NCBI GenBank assembly: GCA_963823765.1
Contig: CAWGML010000002.1
Coordinates: forward strand, 92,337-156,336
DNA from: Candidatus Dormiibacterota bacterium
Lineage (GTDB): Bacteria; Chloroflexota; Dormibacteria; Aeolococcales; Aeolococcaceae
Direction of reading: 5' to 3'
Length of the DNA stretch: 64,000 nucleotides
Program-made: the position numbers and the translations under genes
Part shown: piece by piece, positions 30,270 to 39,509 of the stretch
How positions within the stretch are numbered: position 1 is the first letter of the stretch
Layout: every line of letters starts with the position of its first letter
Notes under the pieces: model-generated
Seen by the model: only the letters and a program-made list of their open reading frames with translations
What the model was told of the DNA's origin: nothing
Databases searched by the model: none

Positions 30270-31699
30270 TATCGACGTTCCTGCGCGCGCGGCACCGCGT
30301 CGTCACTCAACCGTGGTCGATGCATGACCGCCCAGGACTCCTCGTCACCGTCGGCCGGAGGGACAGCCGGCTGCGCGGGTGCGGGGCGGCGTTGCAACTG
30401 CCTCTCCTGCACCATGTAGGTCACCGCCAGCGCCAGGAGGATGGCGAGGATGGAGACGTCACTCACCACCGACACCACCAGCAACGATTGGTGGAAGATC
30501 ACGATCAGCAGCGGCTTGATCACGGTGCCGGCGCCGAGGACCCAGAGGAGCCTCAGGTCGGCGAGCGACTGCAGGCTGTTGCTGAGCATCACCACCGTGG
30601 CCAGGAGCGGCATGCCGAGCGCGTACCAGCCGATGTAGCTCGCCCCCGCCACGTACGCGCCGCCGGAGAACGAGCGCAGGATGACGTGGCTGCCGAGTGA
30701 GAAGACGGCCAGCCCGGCAAGCCCGCCGGCGAGCCCCAGGGCGACGGACGCGGCCACCACCGTGGTGGTGCGCCGCGCGTTGGCGTGCCGCGCCGCCACC
30801 TTGGGGAAGAGAACGCTTGTCACGCTCCCCATCGCGAAGAACAGCGCTCTGCTGGTGACGGTGACCGAGCTGAACTGGCCACCCTGGCGCGCGTTGAAGA
30901 GATGCTCGACGAGAAGGACGTCACTCCCCATGAGGCTGGCGATCATCACCGTCGAGGCCACCGCCACGATGAGGAAGTTGCGCTGTGGGCGCCAGCTGAT
31001 CCGCGGGCTGCCCCGCCGCATGCGGTCCCGCACCATGTAGAGCGTGGCCACGTAGACGACGGCCGCAGCCACCGAGATCCCCAGCAGCACCCCTTCGATG
31101 CCGAACATGAGGACCCCGATGGCGACGAAGCCCACGCGGCTGGCGGCAATCGCGATGCTGACCCCGCTCCACGCGCCCCAGCGCTGCTCGCCCTGGAGCG
31201 ACGCCTGCAGCGGCGCCGTCGACAGCAGGAACGGGACGCCCAGGGCGCCGAGGATCACGTACGAGCTGGGGACGTGCAGGAACCCTCCCAGCAGCGGGGC
31301 GCCGGCCACGAACGCCGCGGCGATGACCACCCCGGCGATGAGGAGGCGCCGGTTGGTGCTGCGCAGCAGGGAGGAGCTCTCCTCAGCCTCGCTCCCCCCG
31401 GTGGCGACCTCACGGCTGGTGCTCCAGGCGACCATCCGGCTGAAGCCGGCGGCCGGCTGGGTGAGGATCGTGAAGAACGTGAAGACCGCGAAAGCGTGCC
31501 CGTACGCCGACGGCGAGAATCGATGGCTGACCATCGCCTGGAGCACGAGGCCGAGCACGCCGGCGACCCAGGTCCCGGCCGCGGCCACGATGTTGTGCCA
31601 GATGAACTGACGGCGCTCGGCACGCGCGCCGCCGCGGCCTCCCTTGGGCAGCCGGGTCGTCCCCGCCTCAGCGGCGACCTCGAGCGGCAGCTCAGTCAT
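30269..31699 (-). CDS. Polysaccharide/oligosaccharide flippase (Wzx/MOP superfamily)
   Basis: About 14 TM helices with the Wzx/MurJ-like arrangement. It sits between a sulfotransferase and the giant membrane protein. ATG at 31697-31699 (MTELPLEV). The 20 aa upstream in the listed ORF are low-complexity. Confidence 0.7.
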   Translation of the reverse strand: MTELPLEVAAEAGTTRLPKGGRGGARAERRQFIWHNIVAAAGTWVAGVLGLVLQAMVSHRFSPSAYGHAFAVFTFFTILTQPAAGFSRMVAWSTSREVATGGSEAEESSSLLRSTNRRLLIAGVVIAAAFVAGAPLLGGFLHVPSSYVILGALGVPFLLSTAPLQASLQGEQRWGAWSGVSIAIAASRVGFVAIGVLMFGIEGVLLGISVAAAVVYVATLYMVRDRMRRGSPRISWRPQRNFLIVAVASTVMIASLMGSDVLLVEHLFNARQGGQFSSVTVTSRALFFAMGSVTSVLFPKVAARHANARRTTTVVAASVALGLAGGLAGLAVFSLGSHVILRSFSGGAYVAGASYIGWYALGMPLLATVVMLSNSLQSLADLRLLWVLGAGTVIKPLLIVIFHQSLLVVSVVSDVSILAILLALAVTYMVQERQLQRRPAPAQPAVPPADGDEESWAVMHRPRLSDDAVPRAQERR

Positions 31700-31828
31700 C
31701 GACGCTGCGCGTCTCGGGCGCGCCCAGTTCTGCCACCTGCCTCCTCCTCCCGCACCCACAGTGTAGCCCGGAAGGCGTCAAATACACCACTGGCGTCAAT
31801 CGGAAGCATGAGGACAGCCGGCGATCGG

Positions 31829-32791
31829 TCAGGAGGGCACCGGGGATGGATCCCGGATCCAACCCCGCCGGGGAAACTGCTCGAGCACGGTGTCGATCTC
31901 CCTGACCTCCGCGTCGGAGAGCCGCTTGCGCCAGCGGTCCGGCTGTTCGGCGGTGACCCGGACGGGCTTGAGGCCCTCGCCGGGCTGGTTGTTCTCGGCC
32001 AGGAACCGCTCGACCTCGGCGGTCCAGGTCAGCCCGACCCGACTGAAGATCGCCCGGAAGCTCGTCACCGGGTCGACGCAGAGGTCCTCGTGGGTGACCA
32101 GGTGCCACTGGGGATGGCGCTCGACCGCGTCGCCGAGGACGTGGGTGAGCAGGCCCACCACCCAGGCGATCCGGGTCAGCTCGGACGCCGCTGCCGGGAG
32201 GGGCGCGATCCCCAGCGGCTCGAGGTAGCGCTCGCGGATGGCCGGCCGGCTGGTGAGGTCGAAGAGAGGGATCTGCAGCTGGCGCCAGCTGGACACGACA
32301 TTGAAGGGGTGGCGCTGGATGGCGACCACGTCCGGCTGGTAGCGGGCCATCAGCCAGTCGAGCGAGAACGTCGCGTAGATCGTCTTGGCGATGGCGAAGT
32401 CGACGTTGGTGGGCCGGCGGGCCGAGACAGACGCGACCCCGCGCACCAGCGGGTCGCGGATCACACGGGGCACGTGCAGCGCGGCCCGCGCCACCGACCG
32501 GCGCCTGCCGTCCCCGCCACCGGCGGTGAAGGGGAAACGACCGGCGAATACCATGTCCCACAGCGAGGTGAACGGGCCTCCGCCCTGGTCCGGGTCGATG
32601 ATCGGGTAGGGGCCGAAGCCCGAGCCGCCGTTGGACTTGGCACCGGTCGGGTCAGCGCCCACGTTGTCCGGCTCGTAGTAGAAGCGGACTCCCGGCGCGC
32701 GTCCCATCGCATAGCCCAGCCAGGACGTGCCCGAGCGCGCGGTGCCGAGCAGCAGCAGGCGCCGTGGCGCCGCCCTTCCCTGCCCGGTCAT
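31829..32791 (-). CDS. PAPS-dependent sulfotransferase, Stf0-like, paralog 2
   Basis: RLLLLGTARSGTSWLG PSB loop. Strong collinearity with paralog 1 (EPDNVGADPTGA...GFGPYP; HEDLCVDPVTSFRAIFSRVGLTWTAEVERFLAENNQPGEG; LSDAEVREIDTVLEQFPRRGW). The ATG overlaps the upstream GT stop as ATGA at 32788-32791. The listed 641-aa ORF N-terminus lies in the GT frame. Confidence 0.8.
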   Translation of the reverse strand: MTGQGRAAPRRLLLLGTARSGTSWLGYAMGRAPGVRFYYEPDNVGADPTGAKSNGGSGFGPYPIIDPDQGGGPFTSLWDMVFAGRFPFTAGGGDGRRRSVARAALHVPRVIRDPLVRGVASVSARRPTNVDFAIAKTIYATFSLDWLMARYQPDVVAIQRHPFNVVSSWRQLQIPLFDLTSRPAIRERYLEPLGIAPLPAAASELTRIAWVVGLLTHVLGDAVERHPQWHLVTHEDLCVDPVTSFRAIFSRVGLTWTAEVERFLAENNQPGEGLKPVRVTAEQPDRWRKRLSDAEVREIDTVLEQFPRRGWIRDPSPVPS

Positions 32792-34791
32792 GCTGCCTGG
32801 ACGCAACGCAGGATCTCCTTCCACTGATGCGCGATGTGCTCGCGCCCATGATGCCATTCGAACCAGTTCCGCTGGTCGGCTGATCTCGTCGCGCTCTCCG
32901 CCTCGGGTTCGGGCTCGCCGGTCAGCGTCGCCACCAGCGCGGGCATCTCGTCGAGGGCGGCGGCGAACACCCCGGGCGCACCCTCGAGGCCCTCGAAGGC
33001 GATCGGGGTGCCCGCCACCCGGCGCCCGTGCGCCAGGTAATGGAGCACCTTGGTCTTGACCCCCGCGCCGGACGCCAGTGGGGCGAGGCAGAGATCGGCG
33101 GCGGCGATGATCGAGTCGACATCCTCGACCGTCCCCAGGGCGGCCACCCGGGCGCCGCGCCCGCCGGACTGGAAGCGCTCGCTGCCCGGGCCGCAGAGGA
33201 CGATGGTGGTGGTCGAGGGGAGTTGCGGTGCCAGCACGTCGACGATCCAGCGGGCGGCCGCGGCGTTGTGCTTGGCGCGCATGGTCCCGACGAACACCAG
33301 CACCGGCCCGCCGGGCCGGCCGCCCAGGACGCGCGCCAGCTCGTCGCGGCTCGCAGCGGCAGCGCGGGGTGCGACGAACGGCCCGTGGTCGACGGTGGCC
33401 ACCTTGTCGCGCAGGCTGCGGTGGATGCGCCGCCACTCGGTTGCCTCGCTCTCGCCGATGGCGACGGCGACCCGCGAGCGGCTGGCCGCCCACCGCTCGA
33501 GCAGCCACCAGGCGGCGTACTTGAGCCGGTTCGACGGCGTGGCGGGAAGCCGCGCGTAGTGCAGCGTCTGGCACTCGTTGGTGTCCCACAGCACCGGCTG
33601 GCGCACCCGCGCCATGACCAGCGCGGGCATGAACATGGCGTTGGCGATGATGATCACGTCGGCGTCCGCCGCGGACTTGCGGATGAGCCGCACCAGCTCC
33701 CAGGAGAAGCCGCGCTTCGGCTTCGTGCGCGGCACCACCAGGGAGCGCGCCCACGGGGTGGAGAGCGGGCGGGGCTGCGCTTCGCGCGTGCTGAGCACCG
33801 TGGGGGAGGCGCCGAGCGTGGTGAGCGTCTCCGCCAGCACCCGCGATCGCACCGCCAGGCCACCGTCGGGGTTGAGCACCGACCCGAACGTGATCAGCAG
33901 GGGCCGTGGCTGCGCGGCCGGCTCCCGACCGGCCGATGCGCGATACACGTCGACAGCCCGGCCGGCGCGCTCGGGACGCACCTTCTGCTCCACCGCCACC
34001 TGCAGGATGGCGGCGCTCTCGACCGCCTTGAGCCCGATCATCCCGGCGGTGAGCAGCGGGTGGCGCGCCAGCGCCCGCCAGTTGCGCACGTACGCAGCCC
34101 GGATGATCGGGTTCCCCTGAGAGACGACCTCGCTGCCGTGCTTGCGCAGGTAGCGCAGGTAACCCGGCGCGTAGTAGCGCCGCTTCTGGAACGCGCTGCG
34201 CAAGCGGATGTGCCCCTCGTCGTGGAGCAGTGAGGCTTTCGTGCGCGGCAGGCTGCGGCCGCGCGCCACGCGGCGTGACAGGTCCCAGTCCTCCGCCCCG
34301 GTCAGCTGCACGTCGAAGCCCCCGGCCTGCGCGAAGGCGCCGCGTTCGAAGATGCGAGCCGCCTCGATCGAGTCGTCACCGTCGTAGCAGCTGCGCTCGA
34401 GGATCCGGCACCGCGACCAGAAGCCGTCGCCGACGCTCACCTCGGGCACGATCGCCGCGGGGAGGGAGGTGCGACGCAGGGCCGCGAGGCCCTCGGCGAC
34501 CACGTCGGGGCTGAGCACCATGTCGGAGTCCACGAACATCAGGTAGTCACCGGCGGCGATCCCCGCGCCGAAGTTGCGCTGAGCGCTGCGCTCCGGCCCC
34601 GCCGTGTCCACCCTGTCGGCGTAGCGGCGAGCGATGGCCAGCGTGTTGTCGGTGGAGCCGTTGTCCACGACCACCAGCTCGACGTGCGGATGGCTCTGGG
34701 CGCGCACGCTCGCCAAGCAGGCTTCGAGCTTCTGGTCAGAGTTGCGGGTGGTGACTACGACCGAGACGACGCCCTCGCCGTCAGCCGACAT
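32788..34791 (-). CDS. Bifunctional glycosyltransferase: N-terminal GT2 (GT-A) fused to C-terminal GT4 (GT-B)
   Basis: The N-terminus VVSVVVTTRNSDQKLEACLASVRAQSHPHVELVVVDNGSTDNT...FVDSD is GT2 with a DxD. The C-terminal half is paralogous to GT4 8528..9679 and ends with GAGVKTKVLHYLAHGRRVAGT. The true start MSADGEGV at 34791 overlaps the upstream gene by 11 nt. Confidence 0.8.
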   Translation of the reverse strand: MSADGEGVVSVVVTTRNSDQKLEACLASVRAQSHPHVELVVVDNGSTDNTLAIARRYADRVDTAGPERSAQRNFGAGIAAGDYLMFVDSDMVLSPDVVAEGLAALRRTSLPAAIVPEVSVGDGFWSRCRILERSCYDGDDSIEAARIFERGAFAQAGGFDVQLTGAEDWDLSRRVARGRSLPRTKASLLHDEGHIRLRSAFQKRRYYAPGYLRYLRKHGSEVVSQGNPIIRAAYVRNWRALARHPLLTAGMIGLKAVESAAILQVAVEQKVRPERAGRAVDVYRASAGREPAAQPRPLLITFGSVLNPDGGLAVRSRVLAETLTTLGASPTVLSTREAQPRPLSTPWARSLVVPRTKPKRGFSWELVRLIRKSAADADVIIIANAMFMPALVMARVRQPVLWDTNECQTLHYARLPATPSNRLKYAAWWLLERWAASRSRVAVAIGESEATEWRRIHRSLRDKVATVDHGPFVAPRAAAASRDELARVLGGRPGGPVLVFVGTMRAKHNAAAARWIVDVLAPQLPSTTTIVLCGPGSERFQSGGRGARVAALGTVEDVDSIIAAADLCLAPLASGAGVKTKVLHYLAHGRRVAGTPIAFEGLEGAPGVFAAALDEMPALVATLTGEPEPEAESATRSADQRNWFEWHHGREHIAHQWKEILRCVQAA

Positions 34792-37018
34792 CCAGTGCCT
34801 TGAACTGCTCCTGGTCCACCACCATCGTGGAGCGCGCCGGCCAGAGGTCGAGGCGCTGGACGTCGGCGATGCCGGTGCTGGCGATGACCGCGCGCAGCTC
34901 GTCCGCGCTCCTCTCCCAGGAGTGCAACGAGGCCCAGCGCCGGCCCGCCTCGCCCATCTCGCGGCGCCGCTCCGGGTCGCCGAGGAGCTCGGTGATCGCC
35001 GAGGCGAGGCCGACAGAGTCGCCGTGGGTGACCAGCAACCCGGTCTCGCCGTCGCGGACGGAGTCGCGCAGGCCGTTGACGTTGGAGGCGATGACCGGGA
35101 GACCCCGGGCACTGGACTCGAGGCAGGTCACGCCCCAGCCCTCGAACACCGACGGGCACACCGCCACCCAGGCGCGGGCGGCGAGCTCGTCCCGGATGGG
35201 CCCGGGCAGGTAGCCGTGGAAGCGGACGTGGTTGGCGAGGTTGAGCGACCAGGCGAGGATCTCGAGCCGGCGGCGGTCGGGTCCCTGGCCGACGATGTCG
35301 AGACGGGCGTTGGGGAAGACGCGCAGCACGTTGGGCAGAGCCCGGATCAGCACATCGACGGACTTCTGCGGCGTGAGCCGGCCCATGCACAGGATCGTGG
35401 GCGTCTGCGCGGGGGGCGACAGCACCCGTGGGGCGGGGTGGACGCCGTTGTGGACGATGGCGATCTGGTCGGCGCGGAAGCCGAGGGCGACGAGGTCGTC
35501 ACGCGTGCTGGCCGACACCGCCACGACCTGGGCGTTGCGGTACGCGCGGGGCATCAGCCAGCCCTCCAGCCACAGCCCAAGCCAGCGCATCGGCGGCTTG
35601 GTCTCGCGGCGGAAGATCTCGCGGTGCACGTGGTGCACCACCAGGACCTTGGGGACACGCGAGAAGAGTGGCGTGAAGAACGGGATGCCGTTCTCGCAGT
35701 CGATGATGACGTCATACCGGCCCCGCAGACGCAGCACGTACATGATCGCCACCATCGGGTACAGGGTCAGCCGGCCACCGCCGCGGTGGAACCGGATGCC
35801 GTCGATCATCTCGACGCGGCGGCTCCCCGAGTGGCGCTGGCACAGCCAGCCGACGTCGATGCCCTGGGCGGCCCAGCGCCGGCCGATCTCGTGCATGTAG
35901 CTCTCGGCGCCCCCGGCCCAGGGATGGGTGACGTCGCGCCAGTTGATGATGAGCACGCGCAGCGGGCGCTCGCGGGCGCGCGGCGGCGAGATCTCGCCCA
36001 TGCTCGGTCCCAGGTAGCCGCGCAGGAATGCCAGGCCGTTGGTGAGAGCAACCAGGGGGAGCGCTGCGGCGGCGAGGAGACGGTCACCGAACCGCCCCTT
36101 GCCGAGCAGCACGCGCACCGCCGCGAGGAGGTACGCGCTGCCCAGGAGCGCCAGCCCGGCCAGGGCACCGAAGCCGCGGTGGAAGGGCAGCAGCGCCAGC
36201 TCCGCCGCGGCCACCAGCGCCAGGACTGTCGGCAGGGCGTGGGGGACGAGCGGGGCCATCGCCGGGTACCGTCGTGCCAGGTCGCCGCGCGCCCGCCCGT
36301 AGGTCGAGACGTCGCTGAGGAACGGGCCGGGGAATCGACGGACCGTGGCGGTGGCCGCCAGGCGCGGGTGGTACAGCACAGTGCGGCTGCGCAGCGAGCG
36401 CACCTTGTAGCAGAGCCTCGCCGCCTCGCCGCCGACGCTCGGGGACTGGAAGCCGCCCACCGACCAGAACAGCTTGCGCGGGATCACCAGGTTCGAGCCG
36501 GTCAGCTCGCGCACGGTGTGGACGCGCTGCAGCCTCGACATGTGCCCCGCCCGCGACATCCCCGAGTACCTGTCGGTGATCACCGCAGAGACGCGCTCGC
36601 CCCGCCAGGGGCTGCGCGGGAGGACGGGGCCGCCGATGACCCCGACATGGGGGTGCTCGGCGAACACGTCGATCGCCGTCTGGGCCCAGCCGGCGGGCAG
36701 GCGCACCCGGGTGTCGGTGAAGGCCAGCAGGTCGCCGGTGGCGAACTCCGCGGCGCGGTCGAACCGGTCGCCCCGCGAGGCCGAGTTGTACGGAACCACC
36801 GTGACCCAGTCCGGCGCGTCGCGCCACGGCTCGCGAGAGGCGACGATGATCTCGCCGTTGGCATCGGCCAGCGCCGACGACATGGCCTCGAGCGATCGGA
36901 TTGCCCCCGCCGTGATCTCGTCGACAGCGACGATCAGGCTGATGGAGGTGTGCGGGTTGTCGGCATCCGTGTCGACGACAGGGGACACCGACGACATCAC
37001 GAGTTGTTCGAGATCCAA
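34781..37018 (-). CDS. Multi-domain glycosyltransferase: GT2-like N-domain, central TM region, C-terminal GT4
   Basis: 745-aa intact ORF. The N-terminal GT-A-like region is followed by 4-5 TM helices (LPTVLALVAAAELALL..., LLGSAYLLAAVRVLL...). The C-terminal GT4 has EGWGVTCLESSARGLPVIAS and a DSVRDGETG motif. Confidence 0.75.
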   Translation of the reverse strand: MDLEQLVMSSVSPVVDTDADNPHTSISLIVAVDEITAGAIRSLEAMSSALADANGEIIVASREPWRDAPDWVTVVPYNSASRGDRFDRAAEFATGDLLAFTDTRVRLPAGWAQTAIDVFAEHPHVGVIGGPVLPRSPWRGERVSAVITDRYSGMSRAGHMSRLQRVHTVRELTGSNLVIPRKLFWSVGGFQSPSVGGEAARLCYKVRSLRSRTVLYHPRLAATATVRRFPGPFLSDVSTYGRARGDLARRYPAMAPLVPHALPTVLALVAAAELALLPFHRGFGALAGLALLGSAYLLAAVRVLLGKGRFGDRLLAAAALPLVALTNGLAFLRGYLGPSMGEISPPRARERPLRVLIINWRDVTHPWAGGAESYMHEIGRRWAAQGIDVGWLCQRHSGSRRVEMIDGIRFHRGGGRLTLYPMVAIMYVLRLRGRYDVIIDCENGIPFFTPLFSRVPKVLVVHHVHREIFRRETKPPMRWLGLWLEGWLMPRAYRNAQVVAVSASTRDDLVALGFRADQIAIVHNGVHPAPRVLSPPAQTPTILCMGRLTPQKSVDVLIRALPNVLRVFPNARLDIVGQGPDRRRLEILAWSLNLANHVRFHGYLPGPIRDELAARAWVAVCPSVFEGWGVTCLESSARGLPVIASNVNGLRDSVRDGETGLLVTHGDSVGLASAITELLGDPERRREMGEAGRRWASLHSWERSADELRAVIASTGIADVQRLDLWPARSTMVVDQEQFKALDVG

Positions 37019-37243
37019 AACCCCCTGACCCCCCCTATCCCGGCACCGTTACCCACGGCGCCTCACGCGATTGCTGCTAGCCCGCCTACGGCTGTCAACA
37101 GTGGCGATTATCGCAAATCAGCTGGGCCAGTCAAGCGAGGTGCGACAGAGCGCCTGCCCGAACTCTTTCCCAAACGACGTCGAATCGTTAACCCGTGCAC
37201 AAAACGCTCTGTGTGCGATTTGTGCAATGCGTCAGGGGCCGGC

Positions 37244-37270
37244 GCAGTGCCGGCCCCTGACCATCAGCAA
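37244..37270. terminator. GC-rich hairpin downstream of surface-protein gene
   Basis: CAGGGGCCGGC-gcagt-GCCGGCCCCTG is a perfect 11-bp stem 4 nt after the stop of 37274..38092 (minus strand). Confidence 0.5.
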
Positions 37271-37273
37271 ATG

Positions 37274-38092
37274 TCAGATGACGTCAGCCTTGGTACGGCG
37301 GCTGGCGAACAGCGAAGCGGCGATCCCGAGACCCACGAGGAGCGAGCCCGCCAGGCCGGTCGGCGAGAGGCCGCCGGAACCGGCGCCGGTCCCCGGAGTC
37401 GTGATCCCCTGGACACCACCACCGCCGCCACTCGGCGTCGGGGTGCTGGTCGTGCCCTGCACGCTGCCCGTCGGGCTGGGCGTGGAGGTGGGCGTCGGGG
37501 TCGGGCACGAGTTCTTCAGGCCACCCTGCTCGCCGTCGATCCAGCGATGCTGAGCGGCGTAGTCGCCCTCGTGGTTGGGGTTGATCTCCTCGCCGTAGAC
37601 GAGGTCGATCTGGAACCCGCAGGTGCCGACCGTGACCGTGAGGCTGGTGCTGGTGGCCGAGGTGCAGGCGTCGCTGGCATCACCGGCGCGGACATAGCTC
37701 GCGCAGTCGAGCAGCGTCTGGACCTTCGGGTTGGCCGCAGGGGCCGCGTAGCTGACCAGGGTGACCTCGTCGCCGGGGCTGCTGGCGTGCGCGAAGGTGA
37801 AGTTGGCGGTGACGATGTCGCCCGACTTCACGTGACCGAAGAGGCTGCAGTACGACGTCGTGGTGCCGTTGTGGTTGATGTCGAAGGAGTAGTTGGTGAG
37901 CACCTGGTGGGCGCCGTTGGTCGGCCAGTTGAGGTGTGGCTGATGGCCGCAGCTGATCGGTCCGACCGGGCCCTTGTGTGAGGCCTTGACCGACGACGCG
38001 CTGGCCGGGCCGGGCACCAAGAGGAGAAGAAGCCCCGCTCCCAGGCCGGCGATGCCGGTGCGTCCAATGACCTTGCTCGAGATCAGTCTCAT
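37274..38092 (-). CDS. Secreted surface protein with Pro/Thr-rich linker and C-terminal sortase-type sorting signal (LSPTG + TM + basic tail)
   Basis: Signal peptide MRLISSKVIGRTGIAGLGAGLLLLLVPGPASA. The C-terminus reads ...PTPTPTSTPSPTGS...GGLSPTGLAGSLLVGLGIAASLFASRRTKADVI, which is an LPXTG-like motif followed by a hydrophobic helix and a positively charged tail. Confidence 0.6.
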   Translation of the reverse strand: MRLISSKVIGRTGIAGLGAGLLLLLVPGPASASSVKASHKGPVGPISCGHQPHLNWPTNGAHQVLTNYSFDINHNGTTTSYCSLFGHVKSGDIVTANFTFAHASSPGDEVTLVSYAAPAANPKVQTLLDCASYVRAGDASDACTSATSTSLTVTVGTCGFQIDLVYGEEINPNHEGDYAAQHRWIDGEQGGLKNSCPTPTPTSTPSPTGSVQGTTSTPTPSGGGGGVQGITTPGTGAGSGGLSPTGLAGSLLVGLGIAASLFASRRTKADVI

Positions 38093-38384
38093 CGCCTTAT
38101 GTCCCCCACTCATGCGTTCGCGTTCCGCAACTCTACCATGCTGGCGTGCACGACGCAATCGGTTTGTACGGTGCGTTCCTGACGGGCCAATTTCGGTTGC
38201 GGCATCGTGACCCGATGCGCATTGCGCTCACGAATCGAGAAGGGTACCCTTTCGGGACACGCGCGGTTTGACGCATTTGAATGATTGAAGCCGCCACCGG
38301 TCAGATTTTGGGGCTGTTGTATGCTCGCCGAGAGCACACGGCCAGTCCCGCGTGCCCGGGAGGGCTTGCAGCAGGGGGTCTCAC

Positions 38385-39482
38385 ATGACCAATCGGGTCA
38401 CTCGTCGCATTCTCATCGGCCTCGGGGTCGTCGTCCTGCTCGCGGCCGTCGCGTTCGGCCCGCGGATCGTCTCGAACCTCACCAAGAAGAAGGCGGTCGG
38501 GCCGGCCCTCGCCACCGTCGCCAGGCAGAGCTTCCCGGTGGTTGCCAAGGCCTCGGGCTCGCTGACCCCGCAGTCGCTGATGTTCGTCAACTTCGCGGCC
38601 GCGGGCACGATCGCCCAGCTCAACGTCAAGGTCGGTGACGCGGTGACCACGGGGCAGGTGCTCGCCAAGCTCGACCAGTCCGCCGCCCAGGCCGAGTTCC
38701 AGGCAGCCCAGACATCGCTGAGCTCGGCGCGCCAGGCGCTGGCCGCGGCCGGCAACAACGCCACCGCGGCGGCGGCCGCAGAGGCGCAGATCGCCAGCGC
38801 GCAGGTGCAGATCCAGCGCGCCCAGACGGACCTCTCCCACACCACGCTGACCGCCCCGGAGTTGGCCAGCGTGCTGGCCATCAACGCCCAGGTGGGGGAG
38901 ACGGTCACCGCGGGCAGCACCCGCGTGCCCACGCTGCCCGGCTCGTTCTCGATCGTCGACCCCAACGCCGCCACCAGCAGCGCGCCGTCCAACGTGTTCA
39001 TCGTCCTTGGCAGCCTCACCAACTTCCAGGTGTCGGCGCCCTTCAGCCAGGCCGACGCCGCCCAGCTCCAGGTGGGCCAGGTGGGCACGGTCAGCTTCGA
39101 CGCCGTCCCCGGCCTCACCATGCAGGCGCACATCGTGGCCATCTCCAACAGCGCCACCCAGGTGAGCGGCGTCAACGAGTACTACGCGGCCATCGACACC
39201 GACGGGGTCGACGCCAGGCTGCGCAGTGGCATGTCCGCCAGCGTCAGCATCACCGTCGCCCAGGCGACCAACGTGCTGGCCGTGCCCAACCAGTCGCTCT
39301 TCACCCTGAACAACGCGCCCTACGTCGACATCTGGTTCCAGGGGGCGGCGGTGCCCACCAAGGTGTCGACCGGGCTCATCGGCGACCAGCTCACCGAGAT
39401 CACCACGGGCCTCACCTCCGGGCAGCAGGTCGTCCTCTCCGCGGGCCAATCGCTGCCGACGCCGAAGCCCTCGGCGGGTTAG
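38385..39482 (+). CDS. Efflux periplasmic adaptor subunit, HlyD/MacA family
   Basis: N-terminal TM, biotinyl-lipoyl-like hairpins (NVKVGDAVTTGQVLAKLD), a long coiled-coil with Q/A-rich heptads and a C-terminal beta-barrel. It is upstream of a MacB-type ATPase and permease. Start at MTNRVTRR. Confidence 0.8.
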   Translation: MTNRVTRRILIGLGVVVLLAAVAFGPRIVSNLTKKKAVGPALATVARQSFPVVAKASGSLTPQSLMFVNFAAAGTIAQLNVKVGDAVTTGQVLAKLDQSAAQAEFQAAQTSLSSARQALAAAGNNATAAAAAEAQIASAQVQIQRAQTDLSHTTLTAPELASVLAINAQVGETVTAGSTRVPTLPGSFSIVDPNAATSSAPSNVFIVLGSLTNFQVSAPFSQADAAQLQVGQVGTVSFDAVPGLTMQAHIVAISNSATQVSGVNEYYAAIDTDGVDARLRSGMSASVSITVAQATNVLAVPNQSLFTLNNAPYVDIWFQGAAVPTKVSTGLIGDQLTEITTGLTSGQQVVLSAGQSLPTPKPSAG

Positions 39483-39509
39483 GCATCTCTCCGGTGTTGG
39501 GGCTTCCGC

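Noticed and set aside
34634-37981. 1115-aa ORF on the plus strand
   Set aside because: It lies antisense to the two intact glycosyltransferase genes. Its composition is dominated by R/A/G/D/H runs with no motifs. This is a typical shadow ORF of high-GC DNA.
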